Below are positions 27,469 to 40,019 of a stretch of 64,000 nucleotides of DNA, in pieces (within the stretch, counting starts at the first letter, position 1; the number at the start of each line of letters is the position of its first letter). Source of the stretch: Octopus sinensis (lineage: Eukaryota); assembly GCF_006345805.1 (NCBI RefSeq), contig NC_043008.1, positions 10,726,001 through 10,790,000 on the forward strand, written 5' to 3'. Made by a program: the position numbers and the translations under genes. The notes below the pieces were generated by a model. The model worked only from the letters and a program-made list of their open reading frames with translations, ran no database searches and was not told where the DNA came from.

Positions 27469-27729
27469 ATATATATATCAGCGCTTCATGTATCTACTTA
27501 GTCAATACTATTGATACAGACAATGCTGTATACACAGATAATAGCCGATTCAGCATTCCAAACGATGCGATTCTTCATAAAATTACAGAAGGCATTGAAC
27601 TTGTTTACTTTCTCCAGAAATTATAATTAGAAGAAAAAAAATATACCAACAAAACCGACACCAAACTTATGGTCTTGGTTTTTCCTACTGTGTATCGTTC
27701 TAGTTCTGTTTACCAAATGCAGACAAACA

Positions 27730-28076
27730 TCGTGGCACTCCGTCGGTTACGACGACGAGGGTTCCAGTTGATCTGATCAACGGAACAGCCTGCTCGTGAA
27801 ATTAACGTGCAAGTGACTGAGCACTCCACAGACACGTGTGGCACAGCGTGTGACAAGGCTGGCCCTTTGAAATACAGGTACAACTGAAACAGGAAGAATG
27901 AGTGAAATTCGTGGTGAAAGAGTAGAGCAGGGTTCGACACCCCTCCCTGCCGGTGTCCCGTGGAGCTTTAGGTGTTTTCGCTCAATAAACACTCACAACG
28001 CCCAGTCTGGGAATCGAAACCGAGATCTTACGACCGTGTGTCCGCTGCCCTAACCGCTGGGCCATTGCGCCCCCAG
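27730..28076 (-). mobile_element. SINE family C (tRNA-derived head, CGTCGTCGTAACCGACGGAGTG tail) with a 9-bp TSD
   Basis: Reverse complement of the 58231 copy. AGACAAACA flanks both sides (27721-27729 and 28077-28085). Confidence 0.92.
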
Positions 28077-28206
28077 AGACAAACAGACATTCACAACTAA
28101 TATACTTACACCTCCCACACATATACACACGTATCTCTGCGTATATTGGGTTAAATCTATAAGAATAGGAAGTTCACAGAATGGCGTTTTCTTCGACTCA
28201 CTGTAG

Positions 28207-28309
28207 TCTTACAATGATTTCCCTGAACAGGGTAATAGCAGGATCTATCAAAAAAAAAGAAGAAATATAACATGTGACTTCATTGACCGAGGTTACCGTG
28301 GTCTTTTCC
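28207..28309 (+). CDS. Weak candidate internal exon (SYNDFPEQGNSRIYQKKRRNITCDFIDRGYRGLF)
   Basis: Acceptor TTTTCTTCGACTCACTGTAG and donor TTCC|GTAAGC. Phase-compatible with 26694-26779. It could be chance. Confidence 0.2.
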
Positions 28310-28374
28310 GTAAGCTTTTCTTTCCACGGGTAAACCTCACCTGTCACCCCCTTTACACTTCATATTGACATTTC

Positions 28375-28625
28375 TGTGATAACGATCCCTATTGATCAAT
28401 TTTTTTTCTTTCCCTTTTTTTCCTCCCCCTCCTTTTTTTTCTTATTTTTTATTTTATTTATTTTTTTTATTTTTTATTTAATCCCCCCCTTTTTTGTCCT
28501 CTTTCTTTCCTTGTACGATCCCTTTTGATCAAAAACCAAACCCCCTTTTTTTACCCCCAAAAGAAAAGCTCTACCTTGTAATTTGTACTGTCTGTGTGCA
28601 GCCCTGAGTGGCTAATAAAGAAACA
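28375..28625 (+). mobile_element. T-rich retroelement 3' end (probable LINE 3' UTR); second copy at 51170-51455
   Basis: Both copies share ACGATCCC..TTGATC..AAAAGAAAAGCTCTACCTTGTAA..TCTGTGTGCAGCCCTG.GTGGC.AATAAAGAAA. Confidence 0.75.
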
Positions 28626-28683
<58 letters not shown>

Positions 28684-28986
28684 AATATCGATATTAGCTT
28701 TTCAAAGTTCGTTTCAGCATTTTCACTGCGCTTGCGTGGTGGATTTTGAAAAAATTATAACACGTGCTATTGGTCTCATAATTATAGGTTAGCCTTGGAT
28801 TTGCCTCGTAAATTATTTTATTTACCAAAAAATTCGAAACCTATAGGTATAACGGTAAAAACAAGGTAAAAGTTTTTATTTTTTCATTCCCTTTGAAATT
28901 GCTTAAATATTTTGTGTAGAAATTGCCTGTTATAGGTAATTTCTCTTTGTGTTTAAATGTACACTATTTTATATTGAATAATCTAA

Positions 28987-29081
<95 letters not shown>

Positions 29082-29298
29082 CCTATCTATCTGTCTATCT
29101 GTCTGTCTGACTGACTGTCTGCCTTCTCTTTGCCTGTCTGTCTGTATATGTAAGTACGTATGGATAAAATGGTGAAACTATCAGTTTTTTAAAATAAAGC
29201 TATTGCTTTGAAACTTTAAATACATTTAAACACTGAACCTGAAACCGGAAAAGAAACCGCGGAGCAAATGCTTAACGATCCAGCCAGCTGGATACCTT

Positions 29299-29354
<56 letters not shown>

Positions 29355-29524
29355 CTACAACAACAACAACTATCCTTTCTACTGGAAGCACAAGGCTTCA
29401 AATCTGGGGACCTTTTGAGCGGGAAGGGTTACTCGACCTGAACAAAAAATCTGAGCCCAGCCTGCAAGGTCATGCGCTGTTTGGTGACGTGCACTGCTCT
29501 CCCACTCAATAACACAGCAGCAGC

Positions 29525-29556
<32 letters not shown>

Positions 29557-29614
29557 CTACTACTCTACTACTACTACTACCACTATCATGTTGTGGTTGA
29601 TGAGGACCACGCTG

Positions 29615-30042
29615 GCATCTTTTCGGTTTGACCGGCAGTTTTTAACATAATTTCTAGTTAACTAAAAAATTTTAAACTTCGTATACTGGTAGAATGTATT
29701 TATAAAACATCTTTTTCTCTTGGTTTTATTGAGAAAATTCTATGGTTTGTAAGATATTTGTTGTTTTATTTTCTTCAATTTCTGCAATTTCAACCAATCA
29801 ATGACGTCCATTGAAGTAAACAACATTCTGTGCCGTATGAATATGTCCCCCGTTTAAGAACAGATTGGGTTTATTTACATTTGTGAAGAAAAAAGATACC
29901 CTTACCTCCACCCCTAACCCTAACCCTAACCCTAACCCTAAAACAGATTGAAATGCAATAGATCGATATTAGGGTCATAATTATGGGTGACAATTTCATA
30001 TGACACCGCTAGAAAAAACTGCCGTTCAAACCGAAAAGATCC
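29615..30042 (-). mobile_element. Non-autonomous TIR element (MITE), Merlin-like, with internal (CCCTAA)5
   Basis: TIRs of about 29 bp (GGATCTTTTCGGTTTGAACGGCAGTTTTT) and an 8-bp TSD CCACGCTG/CCATGCTG. Same family as 56907-57322, in the opposite orientation. Confidence 0.9.
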
Positions 30043-31078
30043 CCATGCTGTTGAAGATGCTGTCTACCACATCAATGGCAATGTCAATGGCGATTATTTG
30101 TGATGATGCTGTTAATAACATTAATGAAGATGATGATAATAGCGCGCTGCTGGTGGTGGTGGTGCTATTAACACTGCTACTACTATGGCTGCCGCTAGAA
30201 AATGCTAAATTTTCAATTCCATCGACAATTTCCAGTTAGATTCCTTCAGGTTTCCTATTGAAGCTAGATTATAAAGTTTAAAAGAGATAATGATTTTTGT
30301 GTCTTTAGCGAAAGCTGCATTGGCAGCAACAACAACAATATTAACAACAAAAGCAAAAATCAAAACAAAGACAAATAATAATAAAAAACAAGATTGAAAG
30401 AAATATAATAAAATTTAAAAAAACAACCACAGCAAAAGCTATAACTAAATGACAAAATTGTAGCAAAACTAAAATAAACACACAAATAATGCCTTTCACT
30501 TTAAATTACTTTAAAACGACAACTGTGTATATCAACAAAATAAGTGGAATTCAATACTAACGGTAAACGTGAAACAAAATTAAATGGAGAGAAAAAGAAA
30601 AAAAGAGAAAGAGAATGAGAGAGAGAGAGAGAGGGAAGGCAGACAGAGAGAGAGAGAGAGAGAGAAGGAAAGGAAGAGGGAGAGAAAGAAGCAATGTAGA
30701 TCAAGAAAATAAGACAATTGCATGACGTAAAAAAGAAAAAAAAACAACCGACATCGCAGACAACCAATTCTTGGGGCCATAGTTTATATGGATTTTTATC
30801 GTAATAAGTTTTGTGTTGAGCAATTAAAGCATTGAAGAGACTTGCATAAGGAAGCGCGTAGACATACACACACATACACACACACTCTCATACACACAAA
30901 CACACGTATGCACACATATATACGTACATACATACATGCACATAATCAAATTGATATATACACATACTTAAGTGTGATGGATCTTCCATTGGTTTCGACG
31001 ATGCACATTAAGTTGTTTGCTCAACTGAAGAAGCTTGCTCGTTAAATGAGCGATTGTGATTTGTCCAGACATGTGAAA

Positions 31079-31365
31079 TCTGTGTGATAAGGCTCGGTTT
31101 TTGAATTACATAAAAAAAGGGTTTGCCCTCGATATTTCTCCAGAGGGAATGTTGTGAGATCGAACTCTTGAGCCCTTGATTGCGAAGCATGGGAATTTTT
31201 AATGTATATCCTCGGATAGAATCAGCATGACTCTGTGTGATAAGGCTTGGTTTTTGAATTACATAAAAAGAGGGTTTGCTCCTCGATATTTCTCCAGAAG
31301 AAATGCTGTGATATCGAACTCCTGAGCCCTTGATTGCGAAGCAAAGTTTTTAACCACTCAGCCAT
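31079..31365 (-). mobile_element. tRNA-derived SINE plus a head-truncated tandem copy (direct repeat of about 110 bp)
   Basis: 31079-31188 matches 31232-31342. The reverse complement gives TGGCTGAGTGG and GAGTTCGAT boxes. Confidence 0.7.
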
Positions 31366-31455
31366 GCGTTTCTACACATACGTACTGGCATACAAAATCG
31401 CGCTTACAAATATACACACATGTCACATAACTGCACACACACACACGCACACACA

Positions 31456-31500
<45 letters not shown>

Positions 31501-31724
31501 ACACACACACACACAGAGGATTTCCTGTTTACAATGTCTGTGTAGGAATAATTAATAATTTTCAAGCTTTAGCCGTTAAATTAGTTTTTTTTTCATTTCT
31601 GTGCCGAGGGGTTTTTCATCCCTTTTTCATCCCTTTTATCAATCACATCCATCATATCTTAACACTTTAAGATTAGGATTAGTGGGACTGACCTATTTCT
31701 GTGAAGCTGCGGTTATTATCATTA

Positions 31725-32145
31725 ATACTGATGACGACGACGATGACGATGATGATGATGATAGTGATGATAATGATGATGTTGATCATGATAATGATGA
31801 TGATGATGATGTTGAAAATGATGATGATGATGATGGTGGTGGTGGTCGTGGTGATGATGATGATGATGATGATGTTGTTGGTGGTGGTTATGGTGGTGGT
31901 AGTGGTGGTGGTGATTGTGGTGATTGTGGTGTTGGTGTTGGTGATGATGATGATGATGATAATGATGATGTTGATCATGATAATGATGATGATGATGATG
32001 ATGTTGATGACGATGACGATGATGATGATGATGGTTGTGAAGATAGTGATGAGAATGATGATGGTGATGATGATGATGATGAGAACCATGTTCATAATGG
32101 TGGCGATGGTGGTGATGATGATGATGATGATGATGACGACGATGA
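31725..32145. repeat. (GAT)n/(GGT)n compound trinucleotide repeat
   Basis: Direct reading. It is the source of the poly-D, poly-H and poly-M pseudo-ORFs. Confidence 0.93.
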
Positions 32146-32719
32146 ACACTACAGGGCAAGTAGATAAGCATACTGTAGCCAAACACCCCACCCCGTCTAG
32201 TGGGGAACGGAGTAGAGAACGAAGTTCCATAGAAGTGTAAATGTTTTCTCCCAGATGTTAGAGATATCCAGTGCTTTTGGTTATCTGGTGAGATCATGGA
32301 TCGGCTGTCAGAAAATTCCACTCTGGGGCACAAATCTAAAAATCTCAGAGGGAGTCACTCACGCATGCCAGTCCCTCCTGCTTTTGTCATCGACGTTGTC
32401 CAAGGAAACAAAAGTTGGTACAGCTTGGTGTCATTGACGTTGCAGAAGGTTGCCGGTGAAACTCGGAACCAGAATAGATTCACCACCACACATCGTTCCA
32501 TAGTCTAAAAATCCCGCTTATCTACTGCATGAGACTGGTATTTCAATCATTCTATCGACTCCGAAATGGTGAAATGGAAATATGACCTCGGTGATTTGCC
32601 GAAGACCCCGGGTAGAGGAGGATGCACATGATTTACATTGAGCTCACAGTGAATGGTCAATGCAACAGAAAAGCTGTGCTCTACGAAACGGTGGGTGATG
32701 ATGTTCAGCAATAACGGAA

Positions 32720-32855
32720 TGACACACATGCAGAAATATATCAGGTCAACAGACGGCACATTTAAGGATAGATTGAATAATCGCAGATCCTCTTTTAGTA
32801 TCCAAGAGAAGTGCAATGTTTCAACGTTAACCAGCTATATATATGGCGATTAAAA
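32720..32855 (+). pseudogene. Penelope-like element GIY-YIG endonuclease relic
   Basis: QKYIRSTDGTFKDRLNNRRSSF..STLTSYI resembles the PLE YIGST..FK.R..NHKSSF..T.LS.YIW pattern. Confidence 0.65.
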
Positions 32856-32879
32856 TTTATCAATATTTGGCAGGAGTTA

Positions 32880-33095
32880 GGGCAGCGAACTGGCAGAAAC
32901 GTTAGCACGCTGGACAACATGCTTATCGGCATTTCGTCCGTCGTTACGTTCTGAGTTTAAATTCTGCCGAGGTTGACGTTGCCTTTTATCACTTTCGAAG
33001 TTGATAAAATAACTGCCGGGTGAGTCCTGGGGTCGATATAATTGACTTACCCACTCCCCAATGTTACTGGCCTTGTGCGAAAATTTGAAATTAAT
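32880..33095 (+). mobile_element. SINE family B variant with the alternative tail (GGCCTTGTGCGAAAATTTGAAA)
   Basis: The head and core match family B. The tail differs and matches 743-965. Confidence 0.85.
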
Positions 33096-33250
33096 ATTGA
33101 CAGAAGTATATATATATATATTTGTGAAATTAGATAATGAGGGTAGAAATTGATATTAATCAATTAAAACCAGTGGCTTAGCATATTTTAAAAAAATCAG
33201 AAGATTAAAAATTATGTCACATATAAAATTAAGAGGAACGACCACCAGAG

Positions 33251-33452
33251 TGGACTCCTAATATGCTAGTTATAGACGTCAAATCGCCTAACCACGAAGA
33301 ATGTGTTCTCAAGAAAAAAATTTCAGCAAAACGCCAGAATGTAAAAATGAGCAAGACAAATGAGAATATACGAAATAAAAAAAATTTTTCTTGAGAACAC
33401 ACTCTTCGTGGTTAGGCGATTTGACGTCTATATCTAGCATATTATGAGTCCA
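33251..33452. repeat. Inverted repeat with arms of about 72 bp and a spacer of about 58 bp
   Basis: TGGACTCCTAATATGCTAG..TTCTCAAGAAAA and its reverse complement at 33382-33452. Confidence 0.92.
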
Positions 33453-33798
33453 TTAGGCACCAGATGAATGGAAATGTATGTTTGATATGCTTGTTTATGA
33501 ATCTTTTATATCTTGAGGGTCTGGTCATTCTGAGTTACCCATCACTTTCGTAAGGTTGGACATGTTTCAGAGTTCATGATTCATGGTGATTACATACATC
33601 GGTAATGCATGATTGTGTTCATCATGGACCAACTTTATTAGGCCAGGTAATACTTAATTATTGATTTCTAGTTTTGCGAAGTCCTGTGATATATACATGC
33701 ATGCACACACACACCATACATACACATACATACATACATACATACATACATACATACATACATACATAATACATACATACATACTACATACATACATA

Positions 33799-34647
33799 TA
33801 TAAGAATGAAATTTTTTATATATAATGAACGTGAAATACAGGAAGGGACGAACACGGAACACAGACAATCATTCATTCAAGCCTTCAATCTTCAGTCAGA
33901 CACCGAATCATCATAGCAAATTTCGGCTGTTCAATTCTGATATTTGCTCCAACTCGGCCAGCCCCAAGAAAAAAAACTAAGCTGTAAGCATTAGATTTCT
34001 TGGTAGAAGACAGGAATGTGAACGCACAGACGGATGTGAATACAAGAGACGAAAACGAAATTGAAAACAGTAATGAATAAAAAAATATATATAACGGTGG
34101 TTGTCATACGACTTTAGACCAAATGAGACAAAACAACAACAACATAGCAGCTGGCGTAGAAATAATTACCGTTTCGGTAGCGGACACATGTGGTCGAGAT
34201 ACGAAGGCCAACAGAATGGTTGAAGAAGCAGCAGGTCGCAGGAGAGAGAGGAAGAGAGACAGAGAGAGAGGGAATCAAAGAGGGTGGAAGCAGGGACAGA
34301 ATCAGTGACCAAGAGAAAAGGAGAAAGAAGGGATTAAGGAGGATGGGAGGAAGAGGGGAGGAGGAAGAAGGGGAAGAATCGGAGGGCGCCAAAAAATTTT
34401 GGTGAAGAAGCAATGGCGGGTAGTAAAAGACAGTGTGTATAGAAGTCGTGCAGGGTTTAAAATTGGACAAACAAACGGGGGGGTGCACGTAACGCCGCAA
34501 TAATATAAGAATGAATGTTTTTATATATAATGAACGTGAAATACAGGAAGGGACGAACACGGAACACAGACAAATCATTCGAAGCCTTCAATCTTCAGTC
34601 AGACACCGAATCATCATAGCAAATTTCGGCTGTTCAATTCTGATATT
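33799..34647. mobile_element. Non-coding segment of about 850 bp bounded by direct repeats of about 145 bp (LTR-like or pseudo-LTR-like)
   Basis: 33799-33944 matches 34504-34647. The interior is purine-rich with no convincing ORF and the flanks are microsatellites. Confidence 0.55.
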
Positions 34648-34653
34648 ATATAC

Positions 34654-34685
<32 letters not shown>

Positions 34686-34926
34686 ACATGCATAAAAAAT
34701 TTATTATGCAAGAAGATGGAATGAACAGGCTTTAATCTAAATCATAATTGCTTCTCTGCATTAGCAACAGCTGTTAGCTGCTGAGTGTTTCACATATGAT
34801 ATTATTATATTAATATTATATAAACATGATCCAGCAATAGTTGTGTATTTGCACGTCATCAGGTGAGTGGCTTCATTTTGCTTGTATTTTGAATTCTCAG
34901 TTTCAGAACGCCACTGTATGCGTTGT

Positions 34927-34943
34927 TACTACTACTACTACTA

Positions 34944-35009
<66 letters not shown>

Positions 35010-35143
35010 AACTACTACTACTACTACCACCGCCACCACCACCACCGCCACCATCCACCCCCACCATCACCATCCACCACCACCACCACCACCACAATCA
35101 TCATCATTATCATCATCATCATTATCATTATCATCATTATCAT

Positions 35144-35181
<38 letters not shown>

Positions 35182-35331
35182 GCACCACCACCACCACCAC
35201 CACCATCCACCACCACCATCACCATCCACCACCACCACCACCACAATCATCATCATCATCATCATCATCATCATTATCATTATCATCATTATCATTACTA
35301 CTATTACTACTACTACTACTACTACTACTAC

Positions 35332-35389
<58 letters not shown>

Positions 35390-35400
35390 TATTATTATTA
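34927..35400. repeat. Compound (CTA)/(CCA)/(CAT)/(TAT) trinucleotide array with internal block repetition
   Basis: Direct reading. Confidence 0.95.
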
Positions 35401-35593
35401 TTTAGTCCATAAATCGATAGCGTGTCGGGCAAAATGCCATGCGTTGTGCCTTTCAGTTCCTTACATTCTTCGTTCAAATCCCTACAGAGATTAACATTAT
35501 CTTTCCAATCAAGTACAAGGGTCGATATAATCGACTAACCTTGCCCCATAAATTTTATGCTTAGTGACTTCTTTAGAAACTGCTGTTTATTTA

Positions 35594-35772
35594 GGCGTAG
35601 GAGTGGCTGTGTGGTAAGTAGCTTGCTTACCAACTACATGGTTCCGGATTCAGTCCTACTGCGTGGCACCTTAGGCAAGTGTCTTCTACTATAGCCTCGG
35701 GCCAACCAAAGCCCTGTGAGTGGATTTGGTAGACGGAAACTGAAAGAACCCGTCGTGTATATGTATATTATA

Positions 35773-35821
<49 letters not shown>

Positions 35822-35852
35822 GTGGTATGTATGTATGTATTATGTATGTATG

Positions 35853-35902
<50 letters not shown>

Positions 35903-36134
35903 TATGTGTGTGTGTGTACATGTTTGTGTGTCTGTGTTTGTCCCCCCAACATCACTTTACAACCAACCGATGCTTGTGTGTTTTACGTACGTCCTCGTAA
36001 CTTAGTAGTTCGACAAAAGAGACCAATAGAATAAGTACTAGGATAACAAACAATAATTCCTGGGGTCGATTTGTTCGACTAAAGGCGGTGCTCCAGCATG
36101 GCCGCAGTCAAATGACTGAAACAAGTAAAAGAGT
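35594..36134 (+). mobile_element. SINE family A, full length, with a (TA)n-type internal expansion
   Basis: All modules are present. Confidence 0.93.
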
Positions 36135-37470
36135 ACCCCTAGTTTAAACTTAATCGAGCAGACTCACAATAAAAAAAAAATGTTCGAGTTGCGGTCGTTC
36201 CATGTTCTTTTCTGTCACAGTGTATCTAAGAGTATATTTATCCAATTTGGAAAAGTAGAAAATGAAATCTCAATGTGGTGTAAATGATTGGTGCAAATGA
36301 TTAAGCATTCTAAGGACGTATATTGAATTTTATATTGCGTTTTATATTGCTACCGATTCCTGGAATGGTATTCTCTGTCATTCTGTAATAGTCACATGCA
36401 GCTTGGTTAACTCAATCGTTAAATTTGCCATGGATATCCGACATTGTTAGAGATAGTGTTTTTACTTGAGTAGATGCGCGTGATGCTAACTCTCCGTGTC
36501 ATTGCATTTGATAAAACGAAGCGCAGCTTAATTTACAACCAATCGCCATCGCTCTCACTTGCGTATTATATACACTTACCATAGACCCATCCATCCACCC
36601 ATATATATATATGGGGTATTTGCATATATGCACACACGCACACATGCACACACACCCATATATATATATATATATAACATATATATATACATACATATAC
36701 GTATATATATACATATATATATACACACACACATAAATATATATATATATATTATATATATGTATATATATATGTATATATATATATGTATATATATAGT
36801 ATATTATATATATATATAATTATATATATATATACCTACACACACACACACACACACCACACACATATATAATATATAAACAATAAAAAGTCAGGACGTA
36901 TGAGAGATGAATGTATTTATTTAGCAACTTGATAGCAATAGAATTACGGCCGTTTCGCATACCTTATTGTTATTATTATTATTCTTTTTATTGTAATTAT
37001 CATTATTATTATTAATACTTTTGGAACTGTTCTTTGTGTTATTATCAATATTACTATTACCATTGAAGACATGAGAATGGAATTCATAGCTAGGTTCCTT
37101 CCGTATCATTTCACAGTTTTTTTTCTAACCTTACAAGAATTGTGCCAACTATGTAAGCAGGTTTTATGGCCTTTAGCAGTTAGATTGGGCATATGAGGGG
37201 GTAACTCATATAAATTGTATGGTGTATGTATGTGCCCTACTTCCTATATGTCTGTCTATAAGCATATATAGCTATCCTTATCTGTTTATGTTTATGGATG
37301 TATATATAATATGTACATTAATAAACAAATGTATATACACGAAGGCACCACATGTGTACCCACATCGCTAAAAAAATGGATGTCAAAAATACTTCTGTAC
37401 CACAGAATAGTCACAAATCTAATACAGAAATGGTAGGAAAAAATTCCAGTGAACATTAAAAACGTCTTAC

Positions 37471-37657
37471 CTCTGCTAGGTCAGCACAAGCAATACTGGT
37501 CAACTTGGAACCCGGTTTCGAAATTGGCGTCAAATAGGTGCCTGTTTCTCATCAGCCAAAATCTGCCAGCTTGCTACTACAAAACTTTTCCCTCCACAAT
37601 GCCCGCAAAAGTCCGTTTGAAGTGACTAAACGAAATACGTGAAATTATCTATATATA
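37471..37657 (-). promoter_or_regulatory. Candidate TATA + Inr core promoter with a first exon (TSS near 37627, donor at 37470)
   Basis: On the minus strand TATATATA starts 30 nt upstream of TTAGTC, followed by 157 nt of unique sequence ending GAG|GTAAGA. Confidence 0.3.
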
Positions 37658-38464
37658 AATGTAAGAAGGGATGGTATTATTAAAATACCATAACGTGTGG
37701 CAAGCGAGTTTATTTGTAGTAAGAGCAATTACGGGAGGTAATGCCACACGCTGGAAAGAGATGCCCTTAATATAATTTTTTAAAATGATATATGTGTATA
37801 TATGTATATATTATATATGTTTGTGGGTGTGTATGTGTGTTTGTACTTGTGTTTGTACTCTACACCGTCTAACAACCACTGTTTGTTTCACTGAGTTCCG
37901 TAACATTTGAGGTTGGACAATAGAGACCAACAGAATATGTGCCATGCTTATAAACAAATACTTGGGTATATTTGTTCGACTAAATCCATCAAGGCTGTGA
38001 CTCAGCATGGCCGCAATGCAAAGACTGAAACATGTAAAAGATATGGCGAAGAGGTGAAATATTGTTTTCCTTTGTACGAGAGGCAACTCTGGACATGGTT
38101 CAGTGTTATTAAGACCTCATCAGCAAAGCTTTTATTTTCCTTCGTATTTGTCTAAATAACGATGAATGACGTTAACATATATGAAATTGAAGACTGGCTG
38201 CTGTAGAAAATTAGAATTGTTTCGAGAAAGAGAAATTGAGAGATGTAATCTACATGATAAAAATAGTTACGTTAGTTGTTAAATATTTACTGCTGGGATA
38301 TTAGCAAATATTGACTAGAAATAAATATGCGGAAAAAAACAAAATTATTTTCATTGTTTCACTAAAGCTGTGTCCTACCACGCAGCTAGCATCTCAGAAG
38401 TATTTAATTTCTAAACAGTTCTTTTCTATTTTATCTGGTATATTTTCTTTTGTAATTTTTATCG

Positions 38465-38860
38465 CTTGTTTCACCAGTTGGACTGCGGCGATGTTAATGC
38501 ACCGCCTGCAATGGCTTTATTTTGAACTAATTGACTACAATGTTTATTGTTTGAAGTCGGGTACTTATTCTACCAGTTTCTATTGCCGAACTGGTACAGT
38601 TTTTGGGGACGTGAAAATACAACACTATTTGTCAAACGGTGGGGAAGGAACACAAACACAAAGGCACACACACACACACACACACTTATACACACACACA
38701 CACTTACACACACACACACACACACACACACACTTACACACTCACACACACACACATACACACACACTTACACACTCACACACACACACTTACACACACT
38801 CACACACACACACACACACATGTATACGACGGGCTCTCAAACAGTTTCTGTCTAGCAAAT
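38465..38860 (-). mobile_element. SINE family A, diverged, with a (CA)n-rich expansion
   Basis: Reverse-complement 3' module, GAACACAAACAC microsatellite and TATACGACGGGC junction. Confidence 0.75.
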
Positions 38861-38868
38861 TCATTCAC

Positions 38869-39104
38869 ATACCTATTTCTTTACTACCCACAAGGGACTA
38901 AATACAGAGGGGACAAACAAGGACAGACAAACGTATTAAGTCGATTAGATCGACCCCAGTGCGTAACTGGTACTTAATTTATCGACCCCAAAAGGATGAA
39001 AGGCAAAGTCGACCTCGGCGGAATTTGAACTCAGAACGTAACGGCAGACGAAATACCGCTAAGCATTTCGCCCGGTGTGCTAACGTTTCTGCCAGCTCGC
39101 CGCC
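38869..39104 (-). mobile_element. SINE family B, full length, whose 3' end includes the start of a next unit (GGTAT)
   Basis: Complete head to tail, with ATACCTATTTC at 38869-38879. Confidence 0.92.
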
Positions 39105-39317
39105 TTAAATTCTTTCACATACCATTGGTTGGTCCGGTGCTATAGTGGAAGACATTTGTAAAGTTACTACGCATTGAGATCGAATCTCAAACCATGTGAT
39201 TACAAGCGAGCTTCTTAACAACGCAGCCATGCCTGTTCATAAAAAATATTCGTTTTATATAGTTTTAGTGAGCAATTCTTTCTGCAACATTTCGAAATAG
39301 TTTTTGGAATGAGTAGA

Positions 39318-39769
39318 TACTCTTTTACTTGTTTCACTCATTTGACTGTGGCCATGCTGGAGCACCGCATTTAGTTGAGCAAATCGACCCCAGGACTTAT
39401 TTTTTGTAAGCCTAGTATTTATTCTATCGAACCTCTTTTGCCGAACCGCTGAATAAACGCACCAGTATCGGTTGTCAAGCGATGTTGGGGGGAGGGACAA
39501 ACACAGACACACAAATACACATACACACACAAACACATACACACACACAGACAGACACAGACACAGACAAACATAGACACACACACACATATATATATAC
39601 ATATATATGACGGGCTTTTCCAGTTTCCGTCTACCAAATCCCCTCAGAAGGCTTTGGTCGGCCCGAGGCTATAGTAGAAGACACTTGCCCAAGGTGCCAC
39701 GCAGTGGCACTGAACCCGAAACCATGTGGTTGGTAAGTAAGCTACTTACCATACAGCCACTTCTACGCC
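39318..39769 (-). mobile_element. SINE family A, full length
   Basis: All modules are present in reverse complement. Confidence 0.92.
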
Positions 39770-40019
39770 TAGATCTCAACCAAACCATAGTTCCTCTCTA
39801 TTTCACTCATTTTTGTCTTTTTTTGTTTTTTTTCTATTTTTCTCTTTTCGTAAATTATATATATATGACCAAAATATAGACAATTATACAATTGCTCTGA
39901 AAGAAGAGAAAGTTGAAATACGGTATTCCAACAGTATAGTTTATTTATGATAAATTCGTGGTTTCATAATTTATTTTAGTTTACTGTCACAATATTGTAT
40001 CTGCAGGCATAGAGTCAAT

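Noticed and set aside
27495-27626. Open frame [22 protein letters not shown] as an exon
   Set aside because: It needs a GC donor, is phase-incompatible with neighbouring candidates, and has no recognisable homology.
29912-29941. True telomere or fusion scar
   Set aside because: Only five units, located inside a MITE at the position matching the second copy.
31601-32333. Poly-Asp acidic protein ORF (biomineralisation-like) and poly-His/Met frames
   Set aside because: All frames on both strands are open, which is typical of a GAT/GGT microsatellite. There is no signal peptide or convincing splice context, though expression was not tested.
34841-35494. Poly-L/P/H/Y/T ORFs
   Set aside because: Compound trinucleotide microsatellite.
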